Shown here one piece after another: positions 1 through 13,032 of a stretch of DNA of 64,000 nt. The notes under the pieces were generated by a model. The model searched no databases, was not told the DNA's origin, and saw nothing but the letters and a program-made list of their open reading frames with translations. The translations under genes were made by a program, and so were the position numbers. This stretch comes from the human T2T-CHM13v2.0 reference genome, Homo sapiens: the NCBI RefSeq assembly GCF_009914755.1, contig NC_060932.1, one strand, 5' to 3'. Positions within the stretch are counted from its first letter, which is position 1. Every line of letters begins with the position of its first letter.

Positions 1-7
1 ATCTATC

Positions 8-45
<38 letters not shown>

Positions 46-50
46 TTATC
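1..50. repeat. (TATC)n/GATA tetranucleotide microsatellite, truncated by the window edge
   Basis: atctatcatctatctatctatc... read directly. Confidence 0.95.
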
Positions 51-389
51 TTTACTTTTCCAAATAGATTATAACCTTTTTAGGAGCAGCACACATTGTA
101 CTTACTATATCTTTTTATCCATTGTAATGCTTTGTAACATGCTAAGCATGTTGGTGACAATTTATATATGCATTTCATACTAGGTAAAAATTAAGGCTTT
201 ACCTGCATGGGAATAACTTGCTTAGGAAATGGCAGGGAGGCTACATTGGTATGGAGTAGTTGTGATGTTTATCATGTTCACATCCCTGTTTCGGATGTCA
301 AGAGTCCTGGGTTTGAATTCTGGTTCTGTTGTGAATCTGTCTTTCCTGAAGTGACTTATACAGGACTTGTGTCTCTGGATTCTTGTTAC

Positions 390-515
390 AACTCTGTATG
401 ATAGATCTTATCATCTCCATTTTACTGATGAGGAGACTAAAGCTCATGGAAGTAGCCTGAGCAGTGGAACTGAGATTTGAACCTAGACCTGCCTGATTTC
501 TAACTCCCGTACTAT
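390..515 (-). mobile_element. MIR SINE fragment
   Basis: atcatctccattttactgatgaggagactaaagctc...gagatttgaacctagac resembles the reverse complement of the MIR core. Confidence 0.7.
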
Positions 516-527
516 GTTCTTGAAACT

Positions 528-927
528 ATGGTCTTTCTGACTTAAAGTACATATGGAGGAGAGAAGTAAGGCCAAGAAGTTGGACAGTTGATGCAACTAC
601 CAGTATGATGGTCTTTCTGACTTAAAGTACATATGGAGGAGAGAAGTAAGGCCAAGAAGTTGGACAGTTGATGCAACTACCAGTATGATGGTCTTTCTGA
701 CTTAAAGTACATATGGAGGAGAGAAGTAAGGCCAAGAAGTTGGACAGTTGATGCAACTACCAGTATGATGGTCTTTCTGACTTAAAGTACATATGGAGGA
801 GAGAAGTAAGGCCAAGAAGTTGGACAGTTGATGCAACTACCAGTATGATGGTCTTTCTGATTTAAAGTACATATGGAGGAGAGAAGTAAGGCCAAGAAGT
901 TGGACAGTTGATGCAACTACCAGTATG
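528..927. repeat. Tandem repeat, 5 copies of an 80-bp unit
   Basis: Unit atggtctttctgacttaaagtac...gcaactaccagtatg starts at 528, 608, 688, 768, 848; one difference seen (C>T at 861). Confidence 0.98.
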
Positions 928-1942
928 AACAGTGAACAAGATTAATAATAAATGGCTCCAATGTGTATACCTAGTACACATTGCCTCAAACAACAGGCTT
1001 GTGTCTGACCTTTCCACATTGACCATTTATTTTGGTCCTAAGGCAGCCTGGGAGGTAAATGGGCAAAGCTTATTCTTGCCACTTTACAAGTCAAGAAACT
1101 AAGATTCAGAAAGGTAAGTGATTTACACAATGTCACAAAACTAGTAAGTGGCAGGTGGTTACTGGAGGAGAGGGATGGAAGGGGGATTTGAAAACAGGTC
1201 TCACTCTTCAAGTAAAGGATATCCCTCTTGTGCTCTTACCTTTTGGAGGAGAGATAAGTTGACAAAAGATATCTGTGGACAAATACATTTTAAATAATAT
1301 GTTTAACCATTACTACTTCACATGAAGTTGTCAAAATGGTTTCAAAAATCAACTCATTTAAAAAGGTACCTGTTGATGTGCCAGGCCCTGGGCCTGTTGG
1401 CCCCGCATTCCCAGCAGACTTGACGGAATGAACCTTCCCCATGAGTGATGCTGTGCCATCACATGTTCTTCTTGTGAACCACCCAAAAGGGTTTAGTTCA
1501 TTTATTCTCTCAAGAATTTTATTTACTTTCTTTATTCTCTCAAGCTATAGGCCTGAGTCATTTCATTAAATAAGTGTTCTGCTTTGGCCTTCTTCCAGCT
1601 GGCATGATACTAGACTGGCGTGAAGCAGGGAAGTGGAATCATCTTAAATTTAGCATCATGAAAATCTGTTCCTCGTGAACTCGTGGGGGCTACTCAGCAT
1701 CCTCAAGACAGGGTAGTCACCTACACAGCCACTGGGCCCAGGAGGGAGACCTTCTCTCAAGGATTAGAAAGGGCAGCGTGGTTTTTCTTTACTTATACTC
1801 TGCCTGGTTGAAAAGCATGGCTAGCCTCTTCTGTTTAGAAAACAATAGAGAAGTCAGTGGGTGAACACAAGGAGGAATTGTAGAGAACAGAGGAAATGGG
1901 AGCAATAAATTTACATGTATTTTCACAGAATCCTGCGGCCAC

Positions 1943-2024
1943 CCTGTAAGGAAAGAACACTTGTTGTTCCCAGTTTATTGTTTATCCTGTAAGGAAAGAA
2001 CACTTAGTGTCCCCAGTTTATTGT
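1943..2024. repeat. Two-copy tandem duplication, period 43 bp
   Basis: cctgtaaggaaagaacactt..tgt.cccagtttattgt at 1943 and 1986. Confidence 0.9.
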
Positions 2025-2028
2025 CCCT

Positions 2029-2140
2029 CGGGGGACCAACTCATGCTAATTTGTCTGGGAATTTTCCAGACTTACCACTCAAAGTCCTACTCCTGGGAAA
2101 TCTCTCAGTACTAGACAAGCAGGAATAATGGGTCACATAC
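2029..2140. mobile_element. MER94-like hAT DNA transposon relic
   Basis: ggggaccaactc...gggtcacat resembles MER94 termini (agggtgacc...ggtcaccct) and its ~110-130 bp size. Confidence 0.55.
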
Positions 2141-3134
2141 CGTGGATCTGAGATTCTACCTCTACTACAAAGACTGTGTTTTCAAACTTTGCACTCTCCT
2201 GCGTCTCATCCATGACGTCCTCTGATTGTCCAACCACTTTGCAATTTGGGGATTGTTATACCTGATTTACTAATGGGAAAAGGAGGCTCAGAGAAGCCAA
2301 TGGCTGGTCCACGGTCCAGGGCCTAAGCACTAACAATTCAGCTCTGAAATCTAGCTCTCATGGGCTCTGAGGCCCCTCTGTGCAACTCTCCTGAAACCGA
2401 CTGAGAGGTCAAGACTGACAGGTGTGAAGAAGAGGCAGCGGCTTATCTGGGGACTCCACCATCCGCTCTCAAGCTCCCCAGGTGTAATTCTCTTTCAGGA
2501 CTTTAGCTTTTTATTCCTATAGGTGTTTATAGCTTTCTGACAGTGGACATGATGCAGAGTCACAGGGGAGAAGCATAGTTCAGGGCACAGGTGGGGACTG
2601 CTGGGGTCCAGGGAGTGCTGAAAGGAGCCACCCGAAGTGTGGTCATTATCATCTGCTTCCCGGCAGACAGGCTGGATGTGGGATCCAGACCTTGTGAGGG
2701 CCGGCCCGCTCAGAGGGCCAGAGGACAGCAAGGAGGGGCCAGAGGGGCAGGGCTGGACCTTTTTTTCAGACAGGAGGTGATCTGTTGAAGAAAATAGCCT
2801 TCATGTGAGTCTGATTTGACCCGACAGCCCAGACCAGCTTCAGGAGCTGAACACGCTGGGAGGGAGTGTTTTCTGTCCTTAGAACGTCCTTCCCTTGCGT
2901 GTCTGATCTGCTTTTTCCTCCCAAGTCATTTTAAACATATCACATGGGAAAGAGGTTACACATGCCCTGTATTTACTCATCCTCTCATCCAACATTTACC
3001 GAGTGCCCACTGTGTAGCAGGGCACTGTGTGAAGTGCTGGGAGTTGGAAATGAAGAAAGCATGGCTTTCTCCCTTACAAAGTGACAACGTACTGAGAAAA
3101 CAGATATGGAAGCAACTAATAATGCAGTGTATAA

Positions 3135-3555
3135 GGAGAATGGGCTTGAAAGTTTCTCATATCTGAGTTCCCATCCTGGCTCTGTGACCTTGCCAAGTTA
3201 CTCAAAACTGTCTCTGAGCCTCAGGCTTCTCATCTGTAAAATGGGGCTAATAATGCTGCCTCACAATTACTGTGAGTGTTCAGTGCAATGATACCTGCCT
3301 TGTGCTAGGTCCAATGCCTGTTGCATGGTAACTACTCAATTAACAAGAGTCATTTTTCCAGTTCTACCAGTAGCCAGTTCTAGATACTTGGGTAAGTCAG
3401 TTAATTTCTCTATGTATCCGTCTCTCTTCTGTAAATTGGGAATAATAATAGTAACCACCTAGGAATGTTGAGAAAATTAAATGAAGTAATACCTGTAAAG
3501 CACTTCAAGCAATGTCTGGCATATAGTATGTATCAAATATATAATAGTTATTATC
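3135..3555 (+). mobile_element. Two adjacent MIR elements
   Basis: tctgagcctcaggcttctcatctgtaaaatgggg and ctgtaaattgggaataataatagtaacc MIR cores. Confidence 0.75.
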
Positions 3556-5249
3556 ACCAATACCAATGGTAATACAAGCTACAGCTGATGAAAGCAAAAA
3601 GAGACATTCTAGGAGCAAATTATAAGAAAAAGAGTTGGAGGCATTGCAGGGTGAGGGTGGTGTGTGTATGATATGGGGGTGTGAAGAAGCCCAGCATCCG
3701 AAGGACAGGCTTCAATGGGGAGATTAGGGTCACACATGGGCAGAGGGTGAGTGGGCTTTAGAATGAGCCAGAATTCAGGTTCTGCCACTTACTAGGTGTG
3801 TGACCTTTTGAAAGTGACTTAACTTCACCAAGCTTCCTCCTCAGTCACATATTGCTAGCATTTTGTACTTTTTAATGTCAGTCTAAGAATAAAATGACAT
3901 AACTTCTGCAATTGTTCAGCCAGTGTCTGACTCAAAGGAGGCCTTCAATAGGAGGTAGCTAATTATTATGATTTTTTAGTAGAGGATAGGATGAAGGGTG
4001 GGAGGAAGCCAAAGGAGAGCGACTACGCTGTGGAGGAAAACTGATGAGGCTGGGAGGTGCGGTCTCTGACAATTTAAAATATGGAGATGTTGAATGTGGA
4101 AGCAGTTGGAAAGCTCAGTACTGTGACTCCTCGAGGCTCTTTCTTGATGCTGTACCATCTCTACCTCTCTCTGAGCCTCAGCTTCTGAGTCCTACATCCT
4201 TCAGTTTTGTCAGGTTCTAAATTTACCCTCATCGTAATTATTCACACTATGTCTCATCAGCTTGTGAGCAGAAGAACTAGTGGAGGCCAAAACTGCTGGA
4301 GAGGAAGGAAAGAAAAGAAAAGAAAAGAAAGACAACTTCAAGCAGTAGAGCTGCCCAGTGTTGACTGCAAGTTGCGGGTATTGGCCAGTACCCCTGAAAT
4401 AACTCCTGGGGCAGAGTTGGCTCATGTGTCTTTGAACGTTAAAATTAGAGCGAACCAAGATTAAATGCTCCCGAGAAACTGACCAGCCTGACATTTTTCT
4501 CCTCCCTCTCTTTTTATAACTATGACCACAGTAGTAATTCAATTGGAAACATATTCTGTCCCTGATTGCTCCAACACTGGCACTAGATCATTCCCAGGGC
4601 TCGATTTTTTTTTTTCCTTATTAAATGCACACACTGCTGTTATTTTCTGCCAGGGCTAAAAATACATCTGACCGAGCAGCAAAGGCTCAGCCAGGGCCTC
4701 CTCCCTGTTCTCTTAGAGGGCAGGACCAGGCAGAACGAGCAGACTGATGGTCCTTCCAATTAATTTAGACAGCATGTTGTTTCCAAGGAAAACTGCCCCA
4801 GATACTGATATAATGGTAAAAATAAAAACGGAGTTCCAGCCTGAAAGGATGAATAACGAGAGCCTATATATCCAACCCCATTTACTACCAGTCTTTTTTC
4901 ACTTCTGGCTACCACACTTCATCATTTCAAAGCACTTCATGTATTTTCAAGGCCTCTAGTCTTTGCAGATGCTGTTCCCTGGTCAGAAATTCTTTTCCTC
5001 CCTCTCCTGTGGATTTGTGATTGTGTCTTAGTTTCAGCTCAAGCACAGTCTTATTTTCAGAGCCTATGAGCTGATGCTCTGTCTCTCATACCTTCACATT
5101 TCTCCTGCCTTCTCTTGTCTGAATGCATCATCTGCATCATAATCACCAGCTGCAGGTCTGTCCACCCAAAAATCTTGAAGTTCTTGAGGGCAGGGACAAT
5201 GTCTTACTGACTATTATATTTCAAGTACCTAGCACAGTGCTGGGCCCAA

Positions 5250-5408
5250 CAGGACTGGCACTAGGGTGGGGCAAGCGAGGTATTTAAGGACCCAAAATGT
5301 AAGAAGGTGCCACTCTCAGGTGCTGACTCTGTGCTTGTACCATCCTGAGAATGAGTGCTTTCTTAGAGCTCCCATCCGAGACTCCTAGCTTGTCTTATCC
5401 CAGTCCTG
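5250..5408. mobile_element. MER91-like hAT element inserted in an L2 3' end
   Basis: Terminal inverted repeats caggactgg...ccagtcctg; flanked by L2 tail sequence (agcacagtgctggg / tcaataaatg). Confidence 0.6.
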
Positions 5409-8139
5409 GCCTTGGAGCATGAAATATCAATCAATAAATGATTCTTAATTGAAGGCTTGTCAACCATCTTTTCCTTTTGGAAATTGTCCCCTCAATTGGC
5501 ATTTAGGATGGTTCTGGTTACCTTTGCACCTCTCTAACAGGGACTTCTCTGCAATCATTTTGGATTCATCTTCTTCCACCTGCCCCTAAAACATTGCTGA
5601 TGAGATGCTGCTCCTCTGTGCTCCCACGGTCATGTCAACATACCACCCATGTGTCCATTCAGTCACTCGTTATTAAAGCAAACACTGTTTGTGGAGTGCT
5701 TACCAGGTGCCAAGCCCTGTTCTGGGTGTTTCAAGAGAGCCTAGAGAAACAAGAGAATATAAGTTCTTCTGTTTTCAGGGAACTTACATTCTATGATACG
5801 CACAGAGACAAGAATACAAATATATCAAATACAACGTTATTTGTCACATTGGTCTATCATTCATTATTGAGGTCTAAGACCTTGCTTTATTCATCTTTGT
5901 ATGCTCAGCATACCATGGTGCCTAGTAACAGATCATGTATAAAATACAAGAATAAATGATTGATCACTTAAATAAATGAATGAAAATGTAGCTTAAGTAT
6001 CAACTTTTCTATAAAATATGTTCTAAATTTCTCAGGCAAAATCTGGTTAACTCATTCATTCACTCACTCATTCATTCATTTAACAAATATTGATCGAGTG
6101 TCTCCTCTGTGCCTGGAATGGTTTGAGACATCTTATAAATTTCTGCCATGGTGCCTACCATAGTTTAGTACTATTTTTTGTTGATTTCCTGTCTCTAGCA
6201 CTCCACAAGGGCAGAAGGCTTGTCTAATTCATCTCTGGATCTCTCAACCTAATACAGCAACTAGCATATTGTAGGCATTCAAAGTAAAACTTACTTGAAA
6301 GAGATATTTCAACAATTAACAAAGAAATGAAATTACCACACTATGCCATGGCAGCTAAGTGCCCTCTACTTCTCTGAAAATACCTGGGTTGTTTATTTAT
6401 CTTAATGTGCAATGAAATGCAGAGGATACCCAGGTTGTGAAAAGATCTTCATCCTCATTCTGAAATCCTTCCTGCAACTTTCTACATTCCGTGACTCTGG
6501 AATGTAATTCATTTTTCTCAAATTGTAAGGATTTTGGAAGAAAATTTAGTAAAAGGCAAGAAGATTCTATGCAGCCTTGTCAATTTGCAATGTCCTCAAT
6601 ATAATAACTCAATGAGAGCTTCTCTCTGAGGTCAAAAAAAAATGTTTTCAAATGGACTGTTACAAACCCTTTGACTAGATTTCTTACCTATTCATGGTCA
6701 AGACTTAGGTACTAGTCTTAGAACTGCCCACAACTCATTGATGATCTTGGACAAATCACTCTCCTTCCTTGGACTTCACTTTTTCTTTCTGGAAAAGGAA
6801 ATTGGGCTGAAATGTACACATTTCCTGCAATTCTGATCCTTGGAGGAGTCTGTGAGTCTGCTCCAGAGAAGAGGCTGGTTCATAAGGATTCTTGTCTTTC
6901 CTCCCAGTAGGTTGATAGGCACAAAAATGACATTCAGAGGGGGTACTTCTTGCTGTCCTAAGATGGCCATTTCATGGACATTTATTGAGAATTAACTGTG
7001 TTCCAAGATCTACTAAAAAGGGATGTTTTTGTAAAAGGCTGTATTTTTACCTAATAAAGCTGTTGTTGAAATATTTCAACCTCTTAACTAATTCCTGGGA
7101 ATATACTATAATTCAGGGGGTGTCAAGTGGGCAAGAAGACAGGGCAGTGAGCTTCAATTGGGGGCTCACATCCTAATTGAGGATAAAACGGAGCACAGAG
7201 CAAGAACTCAATAAAAGCTCCAAAGAAACTCTATTACATAAATCTTCATTCTGAAGAATACCCAAAATGTATTATTTAGGGGTCAGGAGAGGGAAAAATA
7301 AAACTTCTAAGAACTTAAGTGATTAGGAGAAGGATTCATGACAAGGTGGAACTGGAATTGGACCTTGTGTGATGGGTGACAAGGTAAGTGGGGAGGAGGG
7401 GAAACACCTCTGAGAGTGAGCAGGAACTAAGGGAACCTTCTTTCCAGCCTGTGCAGTGGTTTATTTGTTTAATAAGCCAATGATAAGCACAGACCTTCTC
7501 TGAATTCTTGGGTCGATGTGAATCTGGGATTTGGGTCTACTATCCAGGATTGCCCAGAGCAGAGCCCATGTCTCATTGCTACAATGATGTGGTCTTATGT
7601 GTGGTATCCATCAATATCCTGTGTGGGCAGGTGACTTTAAGAACTTTCTCTACCTTCTGTCTGCCTATGAGTGAGTTGTACTGAAGGGGAGTCTCTTGTA
7701 GGAGAAGAAAGGAAACGCCTCTTTTTTCTATGAGACTAGGAAGAGACTCAACATTCATGGCCCTGTTGGACCTTACAGTTAAGCCTACTTCTGCTCTTTG
7801 AGTCCTTAGTTCTCAAACGTGTGGGAGATTCTGGAGGATGAAAGAACACTACCTGCCCAACTGGAAGCTAATTAGCTGAGAAGTCTTAGAGGTAAGATAT
7901 TCTGGCTTCTATTATTAGAGCCTCCATTTTGGCTTATTACAGAAAGCTTTATTATAAGAATATGTGTGTGTGTGCAATTGTGGTTTGCACATATTTATGT
8001 GTGTGTGTGTTGTATGTATTTTGGTGATCACTAGCCATTTTTTCTAAAAGTGGTAAAGAGGGGAGATGGTCCTCAATGATAAGCCTCTAGGAAATTAGAG
8101 TCTGATTTATCAATTTAAAAAAATTTGCTACTAACATTT

Positions 8140-8945
8140 ATTTTTATTGCAAAATGTACATAACATAAAATTTACCGTTTAACAATTTTAAGTGAACAGT
8201 TCAATGGCATTAAATATATTTATATTGTTGTGCAACCATCACCATCATCTCCAAAACTTTTTTTCACAAAACTAAAATTCCATCCTCATTAAACAATAGC
8301 TCTCTATTTCCACCTGCTCCAAGCCCCCTGTTACCACCGTTCTACTTCCTGTCTCTGCGAACTTAACTACTCTAGGTACCTCATATAAGGGGAATCATGC
8401 AGCATTTGTCCTTTTGTGACTGTCTTTTTTTCTGGTTAGCATAATAACCTCAAAGTTTGTTTAAGTTGAAGTGTGTGCCAGAATATCCTTCCTTTTTAAG
8501 GCTGAATAATATTATTTTGTGTGTGTACACCACGTTTTTCTTATTCATTCATTTGTTGATTAGTATTTGGGTTGCTTCCACCTTTTGCTACTGTGAATAA
8601 TGCCGCTATGAACATGGGTATACAAATATCTGTTCAAATTCCTGTTTTCACTTCTTCTGGGTATATACTTAGAAATGAATTGCTGGATCGTATGATTATT
8701 CTGCTTTTGATTTTTTGAGGAATTGCCACAGTGTTTTTCACAGCAACTGTGCTATTTTACATTTCTATCAGCAATGTCCAGGGATCCAATTTGCCCACAT
8801 TCTTGCCAATACTTCCTATTTTCTGGGGTTTTAAAAAATGTATATTAGCCATTCTAATGGGTGTGAAGTGGTATCTCATTGTGATGTTGATTTGCATCTC
8901 TCTAATGATTAATGATGTTGAGCATCAATTCATGTACTTATTCAA
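8140..8945 (-). mobile_element. Old L1MB-type 3' fragment
   Basis: Antisense L1 ORF2 end/3'UTR: gggtgtgaagtggtatctcattgtgatgttgatttgcatctctctaatgatt; tgtgaataatgccgctatgaacat. Confidence 0.85.
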
Positions 8946-11249
8946 TTTATTATTTTTAATGTTTCTGTATTTGCTCTTGATCTAAACTTTTCTTCCGGAC
9001 TACTAAGCTGATTTATACTGAAAAGCAAATTATTTAAATTCAATATTGTTCAGTGTAACTCCATAGGCATTTATGGAACACTTTATTGTGTGCAAGAGAT
9101 GGTATTCTGCTCTGTCCTGGAACTCTATGGCTGCTCTCTTGGGGCAATCATCTAACAGAGGAGACACACAGATATATAACTTGCAAACCAATCGGCCTAT
9201 GAGAACTGCTACAAGAGCAGATGACCAATTTACTATAGTAGCAAGGCTGAGATTCTTGGAATATGTAGGTCAACTCTTAGAAGACTCTATGATTCATTCA
9301 CTGATTTATTCATTAATTCACTCATTTATTCAGTAAACAGTTTTCAAATACTTGCTTTGCTTTAGGTAGTGTGCCAGGTAGCAGAGATGTAGAAAGGAAC
9401 AGTCCCTAGAACAGTCCTGCTCCTTTACAATGGCCAACTTTCTCATTTACCTCTAAGCAATCGCCAGAGAGCCTTAGATCCCTGGACATGGCCCTCTTCT
9501 CCCCTGCTCCACTTTACTTCTGTCCTAAGCCTTTCTACTTTATTCCGCTTCATATTCACTTTCCTACTTGCTTTGTATCACCCCAGGCCTCCGTCATCTG
9601 TCCTCACCTTTTACTACTGAATTCACCTTACCTCTGTGGAAGTAACGCTGATGGTGCCTCTTTGACTGTGGCACCTTCCGTGGCCCTGATTTGCTTTCTT
9701 TGCTTACTCTCGGTATAGTGTTTGCTCTGAATAACTGTCTGCTTTGTTCCAGCTCCCAAGGAGTGAGGCTGCTCCAAAGTTGGCTGCTGCAACCAAGTTC
9801 CTTTGGCCTCTAGAAAGGAGAATTTGATGATTCCTACTTCTAAGTGGACCACAGCTTGGTGTGGAATTGACTTGTCAACACATAACACAATGTCTTAAGT
9901 GCCAGAATGGAAGGCTCATATGAAAAGTGATTTTGGAATCCAAGGGCCAGTCAAGATGTTCTTACCAAGTGGACCTTTAAGCTGAGTTTTGAGGTAGAAG
10001 GTGACACATGGGCAAGGGGTGGAGTAGGACTTTCAAGGCAGATAGAACAACATAGAAGGCATGGGAATGGTAAAAAACTGTGATGTGTGTGTCTTTGGCT
10101 GGTGCTGGTGGCAAAACTATAGATACTTTGAGCTAACTGTAGTGCTCAGTGCTGATGACAGGATATTGGAGCATTCATAACATGGCAGCTTATTCATGAA
10201 ATAATTCTTATTTTTTTATGAGAAGTGGCAAAGTCATGAGTCCACACGTACCTTCTAACCCCCAAACCAGACCAACTCCTTGAATATTATTTTGGAGCAG
10301 TGTTTGATGATCAAGAGGCATGAGCCTATGATCTATATTTAGTCATGTGCTTGACAATATGGGGCCACCCTGTAAGAGCAGAGTTTCTGTGTCAGCTGGG
10401 GAAGTACTGATGTCAGGATGAGATCCTCTGATGATGTTGTCCCCAGCTTGGAAATTACTGGTAACAAAAAATGTTAGTCTTTTATATTGTTTTTTCACTG
10501 ATTCTGGTTGGCTGATTACAAGGTACAGGGAAAGCATTGTGAGCTAAAAAAGCACCAGTTTAAATATTTGCATGTGGGTTGCTGTATAAGATTTTCTATA
10601 TTTAATGCAAAAATTGAATGAAGTCATTCTAATGGGTATCTGACTCATTTGGAAAGTGAACACTATAGATTTGCCACATGCCAGTAAACACCCATGCATT
10701 TCTATACCTCTTTAAGTAGATGCTTCAATACTTGCTCTCATATTAGTATTATTGCCTAGTTGGCACACTTTAGTGGGAGTGGAAAAAACCATTTCATGGG
10801 TGTGAGTGGACACCAACCTGGGAGTGAGAAAATCTACATTCCAGATCTGGCTGTCTTATTGGGTGCTTGGCTGTGTGACTTTAGGCAAGTCCCTACAGGT
10901 GGACATTGAGAAGGAGCTGACATTGCCTTTTTCTAACTTGGATGGCACTAAATGGAAATTGAGTTAGGACAGAGAAAAGCAGGCTAGACACAAACAGGCC
11001 TTAAGTATCACAGAAAATTAAATCCCTGCAGAATATAATCATGGGGACTCAAATGCAACAAAAATATTAACTCTGATTTACAACATTCCCTAAAAATTTG
11101 TTTCATAATATTAATATTACAAGAAGACTGAGGAATTAGTGTCTTTAAAGCTGGTTCATTCATTCATGGTCTTCTTAAAGAGGACCTATTGAGTGGATGA
11201 ACTGTTAATTGCAATTTCAAGTCGAGTGTTAATAGGTGGTATGTTTTGA

Positions 11250-11445
11250 CCATTTACTGTGGATCAGCGCTGTTGTAAATAGTTAACAATCATTATCTAA
11301 TTTAATCTTCACCACCAACCTTATGAGGTAGTGCTATTAATATCCCCATTTTGCAATGGAGGAAATTGAGGTTTGCCAAGGTTAAGCAACTTGCCCCAAT
11401 CTGATGGCTGTTAAGCAGCAGAAACTAAAATATTGGTCTATCTCA
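11250..11445 (-). mobile_element. MIR SINE
   Basis: aaccttatgaggtagtgctattaatatccccattttgcaatggaggaaattgagg. Confidence 0.75.
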
Positions 11446-11517
11446 TGCCATAATTGCTTATCTGTTATTGCCTGTTCAATTCTTCACATTTACAGAACCC
11501 TGAAGCATTGGTTTGCA
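11422..11517 (+). repeat. 96-bp dispersed direct repeat, copy 1
   Basis: Matches 12366-12461 with 3 substitutions. Confidence 0.95.
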
Positions 11518-12365
11518 TCTATATTTCCAAGGACTTGAGATTTGAGAAGGGTCTTTTCATTCAATATCCATCTAATCCACATTTTCTTTTTCCTTGTAAT
11601 CCATGACGAGACAGACTTATGCCTAAAAAGAACATCCGTCTATCATTCCTTAGGTCAAAAACTTCCTTCCTTGGTGTCCTTTTATCTTTAAGATAAAATT
11701 CTGGCTTTATAACATGGCATTTAATGACCCTTTAGGCCTTTTCCAATGTAACTGTCTGGTGTGAATGCTGTATCCCAACCCAACTCCCCTCAGATCAGAG
11801 AGGTCTAGTCATTGTACATCCTTGAAACACTCCTCTTCTCCTGCCACCCTACTGACTTAGGAAAGCTCCCACTTACCCTCCTCCAGGCATCTATAACATG
11901 CCTTTTGGGGGATGACCATTTGTATGGTATCTGTCAATCCCCAGTCCTTAATGAAGCCCTACCTTGATGTGTCAAGACATCCACTTAAATCCTGCCTATA
12001 TTTATTCATTTGTTCACTCAGTTACTCATTCGTTCAACATTTATTGAACATCTATATGTGCCAGTCTTTGTGCTAAGGATGTCCTGTTAAAAACCAGATA
12101 GTGCACCTGTTGTAGATATTTTTCTGTTTAATTATGATTCATTTGTGTAAAGGGATAGTAATCTTGTTGAGAGTAGATCTTTTTCCTTTTCTTTTTCTGC
12201 ATCTTTGCGTCTTCAATATTGGCACATAGCAAGTTACCAGTAAATGTTTTTATTTTTTATTTTTGATGAATTTCTGAATCACATTGCTTTTTAACCTAAT
12301 TTATTCATATAGTATCTGAGGAAATCAAAACATTTGTGTCTTTTTGGCAAGAATTTTATGACTAT

Positions 12366-12461
12366 AAACTAAAGTATTGGTTTATCTCATGCCATAATTG
12401 CTTATCTGTTATTGCCTGTTCAATTCTTCACATTTACAGAACCCTGAAGCATTAGTTTGCA
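12366..12461 (+). repeat. 96-bp dispersed direct repeat, copy 2
   Basis: Matches 11422-11517 with 3 substitutions, offset 944 bp. Confidence 0.95.
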
Positions 12462-12960
12462 ATGCTAAATATCATTTGTGAAAATATTATCAGGGTTTCA
12501 AAAAGTATTTTTTTGTTTTTCTTGTCTTTCTTTTTTTGCTCATTACCTTCACCACACTGAATGCAAAGCACCCAAAAGATGTTATATGAATGTAATGGTT
12601 AGGAGGTTTTTTGGTGCCCTTTACTTAACTATAGATGAGAACAGTAAAAGCTAGTTGACTTGGTATGAACATTTCCTTAAGAGTCTAAGATGTTTCTGGG
12701 TCAAAAGTTCAGATGGATTTTGCAGAACTTCAGAGGAAGAACTTCTTCATTGTAGGGGTTTCAGCCTCAAAAATGACTTGAAGTACTTTTACATCTGGCT
12801 AAATTCAATTCAACCATTTGCTGTAGCACTTACAACCCTGCACATTGTACTTATAACTTAGATACTGACTTTCTGGTAATGGTATTACCCTAAAGCAAAA
12901 GGTCTAGATGAAGATGCCTGAAAGCTGCATCTCCTAAGCAATTTTTCTGGGAGAGAGAAG

Positions 12961-13032
12961 CAACACACACACACAAACACATACACACACACACACACAC
13001 TCTCACACACAGAGAGAGAGAGAGAGAGAGAG
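12961..13032. repeat. Compound (CA)n(GA)n microsatellite
   Basis: Read directly. Confidence 0.95.

Noticed and set aside
528-927. CRISPR-like array
   Set aside because: Units are contiguous and identical with no unique spacers; no cas genes; the DNA is primate
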